Positions 25,641 through 39,800 of a stretch of 64,000 bases of DNA are shown here, piece after piece. Below the pieces are notes generated by a model. That model worked only from the letters and a program-made list of their open reading frames with translations. It had not been told where the DNA came from and did no database searches. The stretch comes from Callorhinchus milii (lineage: Eukaryota), in the NCBI RefSeq assembly GCF_018977255.1, contig NW_024704746.1, forward strand, positions 67,518,001 through 67,582,000, read 5' to 3'. Both the position numbers and the translations under genes were made by a program. The stretch's first letter is position 1, and every line of letters starts with the position of its first letter.

Positions 25641-26140
25641 TCTGGCCTGCAAGCACACTGGCTGGCATCCAGGAATCTTTAGCTCCACAAGCTCCAAACC
25701 ATCCCAAACCCTCCCCTGCAGGCCGTGTCCTCTCCCGCACCAGCCTTGCCCACATCCGCGCGTCGCCCACAAAAATACACGGTGGCTCCGCTTTACAGTG
25801 TTATCCCGTGAAGCGCTTTGAGACGTCTCGAAGACGTGACGCGGCGCTGGCTGTATCAAATGCCAGGATTATTATTGTTGTTATTAATAAGAAACAGAAC
25901 AGGCTCTGTGGGGCTGAATGGCCTCTTCCTGTTGCCACGGCTACCCACTAGCACCGCAGATGGTTTAGACAAGGTTACCCTGTTTGCGCTGCTCTGAGCC
26001 TGGCTGCCGAAATGCGTAACCAGCCATGTCTCTAAGGGGGGCATGCGTCCCAGGAAACGGGAGGGAAGCGTATGTAACACGTATGCGCTCAGGGAATCTC
26101 CTCACATTGACGTCAAGCCCTGCCTGGCTCCTGGCCTCCA

Positions 26141-26171
<31 letters not shown>

Positions 26172-26339
26172 CCTCTCCCTCTCTCCCTCCCTCGGCTAAC
26201 GTAAACCAGCTCCACACACTGAACAGGTTTAGAGACTGTTGGGAACAGCAGGAAAGTTATTACTGCACTTCCTTTAGCACCACTTAGAGCTGGAGCTGAC
26301 TGCCACCAGCCAAACCCACTGCGCCACCAGCAGTGCTTC

Positions 26340-27000
26340 CTTCTCTCCCTTGCTCTTTCTTTCTTCTTCTTTTTATTTTCTCTCTCTCGTCCCTGCTCTA
26401 TTCTTTCTCCGTCCTCTCTCTCACTTTTTTTGTCTCTCGTTTCTTTCCTCTTTTTTTCGTGTCTGCCCTCTCGTTCTCTTGCTTTCCTCTCCTGCTTTCT
26501 CGTTCTCTTTCGTTTCTTCTCTTTCCTCTCGTTCCTCTTTATATCTTTCTTCCTTTCTTCCTTATGTTCTTTTTCTTTCCTCTCTTCCTTTCTCTCTCCC
26601 TCTTTCTTTCTCTCTCTCTCTTTCCTATAGCCCTATCGCAATCCAATCACAAACAGCACAGAATAAACCACACAGGGAATGAGTGAGGGAGCGTGAGTGA
26701 GTGAGAGAGTAAGAGGGAGAGAGTGTGAGTGAGTGAGTGAGTGAGAGAGAGAGAGAGAGAGAGAGAATGAGTGAGTGAGTGACTGAGAACGGGATAGAGT
26801 GAGTGAGAGAGAGTGTGAGTGAGTGAGTTAGAGTGGGATAGAGTAAGAGTGAGAGAGAGAGTAAGTGAGAGCGGAATAGAGTGAGTGAGTGAGAGAGTAA
26901 GAGAGTGTGAGTGAGTGAGAGTGGGATTGAGTGAGTGAGAGAGAGAGAGCGGGATAGAGTGAGTGAGTGAGTGAGTGAGGGAGGGAGGGAGGGAGAGTGT
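26340..27000. repeat. Adjacent CT-rich and (GAGT/GA)n low-complexity tracts
   Basis: Direct inspection. Confidence 0.9.
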
Positions 27001-28334
27001 GACAGAGATAGCGTGGGCTACATTGCCTAGGAACGGGATGTGTGTTGCCTGCAAAACTATTCCATCTGCGGCACATCCTGTGCTGACGCTGAGGATGTCT
27101 CTAACACACAATCAGACGGGAATCACTGGAGGTAATGTTTCCTGGTCAGTAACAAACCAAATCCTCCCACGGCATCCAAGCCCTCTGGGAAGATGAGAAA
27201 CCTTCCCTTCTCTTTATCTCAGGCGGGAAGGAACTGGCGGGGGGGGGGGGGGGGGGGGGGGGGGGAATCAGAAAAAAACAGAACAGAGTGAGGGAAAAAG
27301 CATAAGCAGGGAATCATCTCCCCGTCACTTCCAATCTGATCACTCAATCAACGGTCATTTGTGAGACGTCGCTGTGCGCAATTGGCTGCCACGGTTCACC
27401 CACAAAATGCACGGTCACTGCACTTTACAGTATATCCTGTGAAGCGCTTTGAGACGTCTACACAAATGCAAATTCTTGGCGCGATATCAAATGGAAAGAT
27501 TATTCTCCTTATCACTAAATGCGCAAGCAACCATTCCTTCCAAATTGTTGGGGGTGTTTTTTGACACACATTTTCCACAAACGTCCCTGTGAGGGGGTGG
27601 GAGTGCCACGGGGTGGGGGTGTGGGGGGGGTGTGGGGGGGGTGAGAAGGCGTGATCGCTAAACCTTGAAGCAAACGCTGCACAGGACAACTCAACATCGC
27701 TGCCACCCTATATATATATATATATATATCTTCCAGTTTCAATCCAGGGTGGAATGAAGTTCCAAGATTCTCGGAGCGAAATGCCAACAGGAGCTCCTTC
27801 CCCCCCCCCTTTGCCTCCATGAAGGCCGTTTCCAACGATTTTAACTTGAATTAATTTTAATTTTGAAATGAACGTCTCTCTCTCTTTCTCTCTCTCTCTC
27901 TCTGTTCCACACCCAGCGAGCCACGGAAAAGAGAGAGAGAGAGACAGAGCGATGCAGAGATGTCCCCGTGTTTGGACATAAACACATCTGCTGTAACCTG
28001 ACAACTCTCCCGGCAACGTGTCCTCGCTAATCATTAACTGCCTCATCCGGTTTGGTCTTCGCTTACAATACTTAAAAGGGAAGAGAGGCAAATCTAATGC
28101 GGGGGTGGGGGAAGGGAGTGGGGGGGAGAGGGAGGATAGGGGTGACACCCAATGAATCCGTACATGGCTACATGTTATAGCAAACTCCTATCATAAAAAC
28201 AATAATCTTTGCATTTGATATAGCGCCTTATCCAGTCATCGAGACGTCTCAAAGCGCTTTACAGAACATACTGTAAAGTGTAGTGACTGTGTATTTTGCG
28301 GGCGAAACCCGGCAGTCAATTGCGACCAGCAATC

Positions 28335-28760
28335 TTATACTTGTGTCCCTGGTTACAGACTTCCCCACCTATTTATGTTAACCTTATCAAACTCTTTGAT
28401 AATTTTAAACACCTCTTTTAAGTTTCCCCCTTAATCGTCTCTTCTCAGTGAAAAACGGCCTAACCTATCCAGTCTATCCTGATAGCAGCAACCTGCAAGC
28501 CTTGACGTAGTCCAAGTAAACCTACTCTGTGCTCTTTCCATTACTGCTATATCCTTTGTATAGTGTGGAGACCAGAATTGGACAGAATTGTCACTGCTGT
28601 GCGTAATTGTCTGCCGCGTTTATATCCTGTGAAACGCTCTGAGACGTCGCGAAGACTTGACGCGTCCCTATGTCAAACGCAAGGATGATTATTATTAATA
28701 CTCCAAATGTGCTCTAACCAAAGTTTTGTAGAAATTCAACATCACTTCCTCACTTTTATC
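28335..28760 (-). mobile_element. CR1 LINE ORF2 3' fragment interrupted by a SINE at 28589-28696
   Basis: Minus strand reads YKTLVRAHLEY / SVQFWSPHYTKDIAVMERAQSRFT...YQDRLDRLG.FSL. AAT is duplicated at both SINE ends. Confidence 0.85.
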
Positions 28761-31700
28761 ATAACAATAATAATCCTTTGCACTTGATACGGCGCCTTAT
28801 CACACGGTTGAAACGTCTGAAAGCACTTCACAGGCAGAGTGTGCTTTGTGGGTGAAACGCGGAAGCCAATTGCGCGCAGCAGCGTCCCCACAAACAGTCC
28901 GGCTCCGCCACTGTTGAGCGCACTGAGACGCCACCCTTGCGTGGAGGGGGCGCCATACAAGTGCAAGTTGTTGTTGTTGCCAGCGGAGGCGCGATTGCAG
29001 GTCTCGGGTGGAGCGTGGACGCATTCGCAAAGTCAAATGTAAATACGATACAGACTGTAAACATTGTAATCGTTGCAGCTGTTGGGCAACTCCAAACCTC
29101 TATTGGTACATAGAAACAGGAGGCCATTTAGCCCCTCGAGCCTGATCCACCATTCTAATTAGATCACAGTTGATCTGTACCTCAACTCTATTTACCCTCC
29201 TTTGCTCCGTATCCCTTGATACCCCTTGGCACCACGTTAATATTAACCTTCGCAAAAAGCGGCAGCCAATTTGCACACAGCGACGTCCCCACACGCAGCC
29301 GTGATGTGAACAAGCAATTGTATCTGGGGGGGGGTGGGGTGCGGTGGGGTGGAGGGACACCGAGAGTGAAAGAAAGAAACTACCTTCTCTTTTCCCAACA
29401 GCGCCGCAAGATCTCTCTTCCGAAGGACGGCGTCTCTGACAATACAGCGCCCACTCCGCACCCCCATTCTCCCCACCAGCGCTGCGCTGGAGTCTCAGCC
29501 TAGACCGTGTGAGCTCAAAGCCCCCCCCCCCGCGACCTGAACCCACAAAACTTCTGAGCCACACCTTGAACTCTGTGACTTGCCAAAGAATCGTCACTTG
29601 CCCTCAACACTTCCATCCCAGGTTAAACGATAAGCTTGGAATTTATACAGTCAAACAGCCGGGTTTTATTGGGAAAGCGGCAGATGAAAGGCCAATTGAA
29701 CCGGGTGGGTGGTGGGGGGGGGTAAGAATGAGCTGGGAATTTATTGGGCAGTACAACAATAATGATAATCCTTGCACTTCATTCCACGGCTGTTTGTGGG
29801 ACGTTGCTGGGCACAATTGGCTGCCAGGTTTCGCCCGCAACACACACACACACACACATAATCAATTCACCTTCCAGTACACCCTCGCCTTATCGGGTCA
29901 TCAAAGCGCTTCACAGGATATTCTGCAAAGGGTGGTGGCTGCGTGTTTCGCGGGCGAAACGCGGTCCTTCCGCAGAGAATGAGGGACAGCGGGAGGTGCG
30001 CGACAGAGCGGGTGAAGGGGCGCGAGTGAGGGAAGGAGAAAGAGAGAGAGAGAGCGAGAGGACGAGAGAAAGAAAGAGAGGGTAGGAGGGGTGAAACGAC
30101 TGGCTGGCCTTTAAGGAAGACAATTTTTTGTCGATGGAAGGAAAACAATGGAGAAGGAGGGGATGTGAGAGAGGGGGGGGGGAGAGAGAGAGAGAAAAAA
30201 AACTGTCTGCACTTGAAATAAATTTGAATGCCACAACTCAAGTCGTGTCAAAAAATTATTTATCCCAATCGCGATCTATCTAAGCCTCATGCTGGCAAAG
30301 TGCGGTGAGGTGTGGTATGTGAGGGCTCATTATGATCACTATCGTGATAAGCCTTAACAATAATGATAATAATTATAATCCTTGCATTTGAAACGGCGCC
30401 TGACCACGCCTTCGAGAAGTCTTGAAGCACTTCACAGGATAGACTGTAAAGTGGAGTGACTGTGTGTTTTGCGGGAGAACGATTGCTCAGCTGCTGTTCG
30501 GAAACAGGAGCCCATCTGAGAGAGAGGGATAGAGAGAGAGCGATAGCGATGGATAAAGAGAGAGAGAGAGATGACAGAGAGAGCTGAAGATGGAAGGAGA
30601 GAGGGAAAGAGACAAGACAAATGTAAACAGAGAGGAGAAAGAGAGAGAGAGAGAGAGAGAGATATCAGTTTGGTTTGACCCAGCTGCTGCGGGGATGGAC
30701 TGGCCCTTTAAGTCCGCCCTAGTCACAAGGAGATCCAGGATTAATGACACGGTTGGAGAGCACTTTCCCTCGGAGAGCAGGAAAGGAGTGAACGAACGAA
30801 CGAACGAAAAGAAAGCAGCTCAGCTGTTAGCAGGACATGCTGCTTTCGAGGCCCTGGGGTGAGGGTGGGGGAAAAAAGGAGGGGGTTAACATGCACACAC
30901 ACCCCTAGCCCCACGAGCTGTGCAGTTGTCACTGTCTGCTATTCCCCCCCCACCGTGACTAGACCATTTAGAGAGTGACACGTGGTTGGGGGGGGGGGAG
31001 AGAAGCTCCACAGAGCACCTGCTGGGAAACAGCTGAGGTACACATGGCCTCGGAATTTAACCCGGTCTGCACCGGAACAAACGGAGACGCCATCCTTCGG
31101 GGTGAGACGTTAAACCTCACTCCCCGTCCGTGCCCTGTTCAGGTCTCCCAGGTGGGGTGGCAGGAAAAGAGAAGGGACTTTCTCTCCCCCACCTGGATAA
31201 AATCGGTCACTCGCACCGTGGCTACTCTGCGGGGGACGTCACTGAGCTACAGAATACACATTCACTACACGTCACAATATATCTAGGGAAGGGCTTCGAG
31301 ACGAACTCCGAGGTGAAAACTGCTGTATATAAAATGTACACCTTCCTAATCTGTCTCTCTTTCTCTCTCTCTCTCACACAAACACGCACACACACACACA
31401 CACAGCCACCGTCAAGCACGCCGAGGTGCTACCCCGTGTGAAGGGGCGTGATCTAAACGCAAATTGCTGTCGCCATTAGCTCCCCCGTACTCCTGGGCGA
31501 AGAAACGCTTCCTGGTGTCCGTCCCGAAATTGCCCCTGGCACTATGTCCTCGCCTGAGAGTTTTGCTGGGCCGAGTGGCTTCGCTGCCGGGCTGTTCTGC
31601 GCGAGACGGTCGGTGAAAATTAGACGTATGGATGGAGAGAGAGATGGTGAGATGGGGGGAGGGAAAACAGGAAGTAAGGGTGGAGCAAAGAGATTTACAT

Positions 31701-33341
31701 CTTTCTATTGCTAACGTCCCATTTGACTATGTTTGCCACGGTTGTCACTAGCAATTGGTGCTCCTGACCCCCTCGGCTGACTCCCCTTCCCCCCACCCCC
31801 ACCCGCCTCGCTGCCCCTCACATTCCACCCTCCACCTGCTCGCCTGACACACAGAGAGAGATCAGAGTTCCTGTGTGACATTGCACCCTCACACTCGCTC
31901 AAACTGTCAACCGCCACCCCCAGCTGCTTAACATTCCTCTCTGGTCTGCAAAGTTCCCCTCGCCCACAAAGCACACAGTCACTGCACTTTTGAAAGCGGG
32001 GCAGAGAGGGAGGGGGGAGGGGGGGAGGGGGCGAGGCAGAGGGATTGAGATTATCGCCTCATCGAGACGTCTCAAAGAGCTTCACCGGATACACCGTAAG
32101 GTGCAGTGACTGTGTATTTTGTGAGCGAAATGCAACAGCCAATTGCTCAAAGTTTAAAGGCAGACAGACAGACAGACAGACGGAGGGAGGGAGGGAGATG
32201 CAGGACTAAAGGGAGGGAGTTCCAGAAGTTAGAAGCGCTCAAACTAAAGGCTTGGCCACGGTTTACCTTTGCACAGGGCCTTTCATGGTCAGAAGCACAC
32301 CTGAAAGTGTTAATTAATAAATAATCCTCGCAATCGATGCAGCGCATGATCTCATCAGGAGGACATATCAAAGCTGTCCGACCGTACGCTGGAGCCACTG
32401 TGTTTTTTGTAGGTAAACACACGAGAACTGATTTGCACACAGCAACATCCCATAAACAGGCAACAACAACAACGACAACAATACTAATGAAGTGAACGAG
32501 GATTTTATCCGGGTGGGGGGGGGGAGAGGAGATTGTCAGCCAGGACCACGGGGGAGAGAGAGGGAGTTGGGAGTGAGGAGGTGGGGTGGGGAGAAAGATG
32601 ACCAAAAGCGCAGTCAAATAGGTATGGCTCGAGACTGGCCTTGAGCAAGGGACGTGAGGGAGGCTCCAGGAAAGGGTTGGAAGTTCGGTTGCTGATGGGG
32701 CTCGGCGGATGGGGCTGGGCGAGGGGTGGGGAGGGCGGGGGAAGAGGGTGGGTGGGGGGGGGTTTGGGAACACAACAAGCCCTGAGCTCACATGGACTTG
32801 GCAACGGATGAGAGCCAGGGGCTGGGGAAGTGTGTCCAGGTGGAAAGAAGCTCTTACTCACTCGTTAGGAAGCACAAACCAACCGGCTGTTAAATCTGCT
32901 GCCAATCACTGGCAAACGCTTTTGAGTGGCGGGATGTGGGTTCACCGAGGGCTGCGAAAGCCGTGCCCTTTTCCAGAAAGCTCCACGGTGAGAGAGTGGG
33001 GGTGTGTGGAAGAGGCCCTGAGGGCAGCTGTGAGCAACACACCGGTTCCTCTTATACACACACACACACACACAGACACGCACACACACGCATCCCACAC
33101 ACATCCCCTCCTCTCTCTCTCTCTCTCTCTCTCGCCTTCGAGTCAGAAAGTTGTGACTTGGAATCACACAGTCTAAGCTGACGCCCCATTGCAGCACTCG
33201 GGGGGGGGGGGGGGGGTCGCACCGTCGGAGACCCCGTCCTTCGGATGAGACGTTAAACCTCACTCCTCGTCTGCCTGTTCAGGTGGACGTTAAAGATCCC
33301 ACGTAACTGTTGGGAACTAGAAGGGACCTTCTTTCTCTCTT

Positions 33342-33388
<47 letters not shown>

Positions 33389-34599
33389 ATCCCGGCCGAG
33401 ACTGTTAACAATCCCCCACCCCAAATAATAATGTGGTCACTCACTCCACCACTGTCTGTGGGGACTTTGCTGCGCACAAGCTGGCTGCTGCGTTTGGCCC
33501 ACAAAATACACAGTCACTACACTTGACGGTATCTTCTGTAAAGTGATTTGAGACGCCCACACAAATACACGGTGGCTACGTCAGTCCGTGACTCACTCGG
33601 TCGCGCTCTTGCTCCCGAGTCAGGAGGTTGTGGGCTTGAGCCCCCACATCGGGCGTCTTTTGAGCTCACAGCTTAGGCTGAGCGTCCAGTGAGGTGCTGG
33701 GGTGTGTGTGCCCAAAACCTCACAGGCAGAGCGTGTTGTGTACCAGACACATCCCCCCCACCACCCCCCCCCAACCCCCACCGCCCTACCCCCTCACACT
33801 GATGGGTGAAGATTACAAAGACTAAGAGGAAGATAACGTAAGAAGATGTTTCCCCATCCCAATTCTCTTCCGTTTTCTGAAAATTCGTTTGCCCACTTCC
33901 CCTTTTTCTCCTTCCATCCCCCTCTCTTACACCCCCCCTCCCCCCACCCTCTCTCTCGCTAGTTCAGCTCCGAGGGGACCCCACTTACCTCCCCTCCAAG
34001 GAGGATAGTCACCAGACTAACCCGGATGGGGAAAGAGCAGCGAGGCAGCGAGTCTAATTGTAGCCCACGCCCCCTCCACCCTCAATCCCCTCTGGGACGC
34101 TACCCTGCATGAGGGGCGCGATATAAACACAAGTTGTTGTTGTCGTTAGGCTTTTTGGCTGCTCCCTGAGTGAAGCCGTTAAGACTCCACGGGAACATAG
34201 CAATCGCTAGACCAAAAGAAGATCAAGATCCACCCTCTACCCATCTCGGTAGTCTGTCGCCTGCTGCTATAATGGAGATGTTGAAAGCGATGATTGCTGT
34301 ATGGATTTGGTGTGGCCCTGGGAAGGAACCGGTTAAAGTCTGCCGGAAGCCTTTTCTCAAGGGCAGGGCAGCCGTCACGAGCTGAGAAGCTCAAGGCCAC
34401 AGCGGGGTGAGGGGTGGGGGTGCGCGGGAGGGAGGCAAGGACACGCTGTCAGCAACGCTGTATGACCCACAGACAGTGCTCCACTCCGTCAGCAAACAAC
34501 AACAATTACTCACATTTGCTCACAGCGCCCTTCACGTTTGACTCACGAACCCAAAGCACCAGTTTTACAAGTCAGGTGCTTTGATGGCGCCGTGCCATT

Positions 34600-34990
34600 T
34601 GGCTACAACAACAACTTGCACTTACACAGCGCCCCTCACATGCAGGGCAGCGTCCCAGAGCGCTCCGACGGTGGCGGAGCACGACATCGAGCCGGGGGAA
34701 TGGAGGGGGGAGGGGGGCGCGGCTGACTGTAGGTACGGTCCAAGAGGAAGGTCTTCACGCGCAACCTAAAGAGGGGGAAGGAAGAGGGCGAGACGGGGGA
34801 GGGATAGAGGGAGAGTGTTCCAAAGTTTCGGGGCGTAGCGGCTAAAAGCGCGGCCTCCGATGGCGGAACGGCGGACACAAGGGACAAGCAGGAGGCCGGA
34901 GCCAGTCGAGCGGAGCAAGCCGCGGGTTGGGGAGAGGTAGGGAGGCGCCAGGGTGTGAAGGGAACTGAGAGGATCTTGAAATCGATCAAT
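34600..34990 (-). mobile_element. L2 LINE 3' fragment
   Basis: IDFKIL...SAIGGRAFSRYAPKLWNTLP..., followed by a (GTT)n-type tail. Confidence 0.85.
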
Positions 34991-36469
34991 TCGGGGATAG
35001 GGAGCCAGTGTGACCTGATGAGGATGGGCTGCTCCCGCTTCCAACACAGGAAGTTTGAGAGCGGGGATGGGTCCAGGGAGGGTTTTTCGTTTAAGGATGA
35101 CGGCCATTTTTAAAGGGGTGACAACGGTGCTAGTGGACAGGGAGAGAGGTTCATGGGGGGGGGGGGGGGGGGGAGAGGGCAAGGAGTTGGAGGTATGGAA
35201 AGGGGTAGAGGGGAGATCAAGCCTTTCGAGGACAAATAAAGATGCCAGATGAAAGAGAGAAGGCCCATTCAGTGAAACTGGCTGCAAGCATTGCTGCAAC
35301 AGGCACGACTAGATAATGATAAAAATAATACTACAAGGATTAGTGTCGGGATCTGTTACGGGAGTAACTGAATGAAGGGATTCTTGTGATAGTCAGGGAT
35401 GGAGCTTAAGTCTGGCCAGCGTTCGTTCGCTGGCCAAGCTCGGGCTTCCTGACGTCTCAGTCGTGCAAGTGAGTCATGGAAACATGGTCCCCCCCTCCCT
35501 CCACACACACACGCACGCACTCACTCACTCAAACACCCCTGCTTTATCTTGTGCGCAACGCTTACTTATTTCCTCCCCCTCCCTCCACCTCACCATCGTC
35601 CACGATTGCTGAGCAAGCAGACAGTTTCCCCTTTTTTTCCCGCGCTCACACACAGAGCAACTGCCTGTCCTCAGTCCCAAGAGGGAGGAAGCTGCGAGCC
35701 TTTGCAGCGTCAAAGAGGTCATTTCTATCTGTTCATAGAATCTTACAGCACAGAAGGAGGCCATTCAGCCCATCGTGCCTGTGACGGCTCTTTGAAAAGA
35801 GCTACCCAACTCGTCCCACTCCCTAAATCTTACCCCACAGCTGTGCGCAATTGGCTGCTGCGTTTCGCCCACAAACAATACAGTCACTACATTTTACAGT
35901 ATATTCCGTGAAGCGCCGTGATAAGGCATTATATCAAAGGCAAGGATTATTATTATTATTATGGCCCCGCAAGTTTTTTTCTTTTTAAGTACATATCCAA
36001 GCTATCGCGACGTCTGGGGCTTTATTTATTTTTCCCCACGGGCGAATTTAGGGGCAAATTGCGTGCGACAACATCAGCTTTGGTTCATACTCTGTGTGTG
36101 GGGGGGGGGGTTCAGTTTGAGCACTTAACAGTAATGGAGCTTGACGATGAGCTGAGGGGGGGCGAAGAGATGACCGTAGGCACTGTTCAGCTCTATAAAG
36201 AGAACACCTTATCCGGTTTGGGGGTGTGGGGGGGAGGGAGGTGCGAGGCGGGGGAGGTTGGCTGACATGCAGGGGAAACTCCCTTCCCTTTTTTCCAGTC
36301 ATGCTACGGGAATTGTTACGTGCGGGCACAGGAACAGCTACAGAACCTCACTTGGGGGTCATCTCGCCCAAAGAACAGGGCCTCCAACAATACAGCTGCC
36401 TCCTCCGCCACTGCACGCCCCCCCCCCACCCCCCCCACATACACACTGCTCTCGAGCGTCAGCCTATGG

Positions 36470-36838
36470 TAATGATAATAATCTTTGTATTTGATATTGT
36501 GCCTTATCACATCGTCGAGACGTCTCAAAGCTCTTCACAGGATATTCTGCAAAGTGTAGTGACTATGTTTTGTGGGTGAAACACGGCAGGCAATTACGCA
36601 CAGCAGCGTCCCCACAAACAGTCGCGGATTGAGCAACTAATTTTTTTTTAATATACTGGATTATTACCCCCAGAAAACAATCCGCCGATCGACTAACAAC
36701 CGGGTTCCTACTTACCGCTGATAAACAGAGGTGTGTGGAGTGAGGAAACTTGCCTAAGGATTCGCCCTCCCCGGGAATTCAACCCGAGTCTTCTCGCTTG
36801 CCAGGCGAGCGCTCTAACCACTGAGCTACGGGACTCCA
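36470..36838 (-). mobile_element. Full-length tRNA-derived SINE, long subfamily (extra ~60-nt internal segment)
   Basis: Same head and tail as the short subfamily plus CCTCTGTTTA.C.AGC.GTAAGTAGGAACCCGG. Related copies at about 8670-9020, 11420-11700, 16850-17135, 18510-18655 and 23080-23440. Confidence 0.88.
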
Positions 36839-39800
36839 CGCAGACTAGACTGTGAACTTACAAACCTTTGTGACCTCCTGACTCCAAGTAGAGCCAAACC
36901 AAACTGACTACGTAGCTGTGTGTGTGTGTGTATGTATGTGCGTGTGTGTGTGTGTAGGGGGGGGGGGGGGGTTGTGTGTATGTGTGTTCAGAGAGAACCT
37001 TTTTTTATTATCATCTCTATTTCCTCGCTTTGTTCGAGCGACAGGGAGATCACATTGAACACAGCCTGTCCCTCGGAACAGGAAGGAAAAGGCGGTGTGC
37101 GCTGGCAAATCTAACCTCTCGGGGAAAGAACGTAGGTCGCTCTGCCTTGGTAGCCCTTTAATGTGGAGTCCCGTGGCACAGAGTTAGAGCACTCGCCTCG
37201 CGAGCGAGAGGACCTGGGTTCAAAGAAACCTTACTCCACCCACACGCCTCTGTTTACCCAGCAGTAAGTAGGAACACGGTTATTAAGTCGATCGCTTTTC
37301 GTGATGAACTCGGGTGCTCTTGTCCGGATGCTAACCACTGCGCCACGGGACTCCACGGTTAACCCCGCGTCAGCCGTCAGTCGGCGGGTAACATGAGCAC
37401 ATCTGACAAGAGAGAAACTGTGCAACGTGAGACCTTACCCCAGACACAATGGAGCTCCTATTTATAGACTGTCTGGGTGGCTGGCAGCCTGTCAGTAAGC
37501 ATCAGGAATTGGGCCGAGGGCAGGTTCCAATTACATGTGTGACACAACCTCAATAACAACAATCGTGATCATCATCATCATAATAATCCCAGCAGTTGAT
37601 ACAGCAGCTTATCACGTCGTTGAGACGTCTCAAAGCGCTTCACAGGATAGACTGTCAAGTGCAGTGACTGCGCATTTTGTGGGCGAAACCCGGCAGCCAA
37701 TTTGGACACAGTGACGTCCCCTCAAACAGCTATAGAGTGAGTGATTTTATTTGAGGAGGTGATAAGAGGGGGAATAAAGGAACAGGAGCGTGTTCCCACC
37801 ATTCTATAAGATCTGTACCTTAACTCCATTTACCCGCCTTTGCCCCATATCCCCTGATACCCTGACCTAACAAATATCTATCCACCTCAGTCTTGAAAAT
37901 TTAGGACATGTGGAGAGAGAGAGAGTGAGAAAAAGAGAGAGAGATAAACTCCCTCCTCAGAGAGAGTGTCTAAGCAAGCCAGCTCCTGCCTTTGAGGGAT
38001 CTTACTCACCTGTGGCTCAGGATTTTCCAGCTTGCTCACTGACTCACACCCGGAGAAGATAAGACCATAGAAGCTCAAAGTATAGAGAAGGCGAATAGGG
38101 CCTAACAAACCTTTTTCATAGAGCTACGATACACCAACCTCTCACACCATTTTCTGCCCACCCCCCCCCCACAGACTCTCACACGCACCTTACGTAACTC
38201 CTTTTTTTGAGCAGCCAGAGGTGTCTGACACGTGCGGAAACCCGTCACCGTTGCTTAAGAGTCTCCAAACCCAACTGAGAATTCCCCACATCCCACCCAC
38301 ACCTGGCAATCCCAGAGAGAGATTGTAGGAATGGAATGCGCTCTCTCTCTCTCTCTGGAGGGACCCATCCTAAGGATATTAGGCGCATTGAAACATAGGA
38401 ACAGGAGTAGGCCATTCAGCCCATCAAGCCTCTTACGCCATTCTATTAGATGGTGGCTGATATGTACCTCAACTCCAATTACCCACCTTGCCCCATATAC
38501 CTTGACAGGTTGGCGAGAGCCAAGGCTTGTGGGGAGCCCAGAGAGTGCGTTGGGGGTAACTGATGGGAGTCTAACCACACATAGCTTGGCCATTGAAAGC
38601 GCTGTCTGGCCAAGCTTTCCCGCTGCTTGTCCAGCTCGGACCACCCTCCCCGTTAGTTAGGGCTTTGGCTGCAGGGATAACAGGAGCCGAGTGGGAGGAT
38701 TCCCTGCCCCCCAGAGTGTTGTGTGTTCAAATCTAACACCTCAATCGCACATACAGTCACTTCAAACCCTTTTACTACACAGTCAGAAAATCTCCAAGAT
38801 GTTTTCTCATTTAAAAAATAAACCTAACCAAAGTGGCTGGAGATTTCCATTTCCATTCTCCCTCCACCCCGCGAAACCCACCCACAAAACACACAGTCAC
38901 TACGCTTTACAGTGCATCCTGCGAAACGCTTTGGAAACGCCTCGATGACGCGATAAGGCGGTGTATCAAATGCAAGGGTTATTATTCTCATTGTAAATTC
39001 AAAAAATTGCGATTGGAAATAACACGATCCTTGCATTTGACAAACCAAGGTACGTGGGATTTGTCGTAGAGTGTAGCGACTGTGTGTTTTGCAGGCGAAC
39101 GCGGCAGACACTTTGCGAAATAGCGACGTCCCCGCAGACAGCCAGGAAGTGAATTTCTTGTTTATTTTTTGAAAAAAAATGCATCAAACGTTTAACACAT
39201 CAAATCTTCAAACACTGACACCTCACTGACTCGAGACCACACGACTTAACCCCCTTCCCAACGTATAATTGTAAAAGATTATACGATAAATGAAAAGCGC
39301 TAGTGATGTGTACACGCTTCTCTGTCTCTCACACACGCGCGCGTGCGCGCAGAAGTCTAACCTCACACACGGGTCGAACATGTGTGCGCACACACACCCG
39401 CGCGCGCGCGCACCTCGGGCTTGCACACAGCTACAGAGTCTCTCTCTTCTCACACTCATTCACACATGCTCACCAACACACGTGTCACTGGGTTGACATG
39501 TTCTGACACACTCACTGACACATTCTCTCTCCCCTCGCCCCACAAACAGTCAGACTCCAGCACACAAATGCACGCTCAAGACTCGCACACACATTTTCTC
39601 TCACTAATACACTCACTCTTACATACTCACTCTCTTTCACAAACAAGTCTCTCTCACAAGTACGCTCAAGCTCACTCTCACACACACGCATTCAGTCACT
39701 CACACTCTCTTGTACACACATTCATTCACTCACACTCACACCCATTCTCTCTTTCACACACAGTCTCTCTCTTTCACAGCCATTACATATGAGGCACTAA

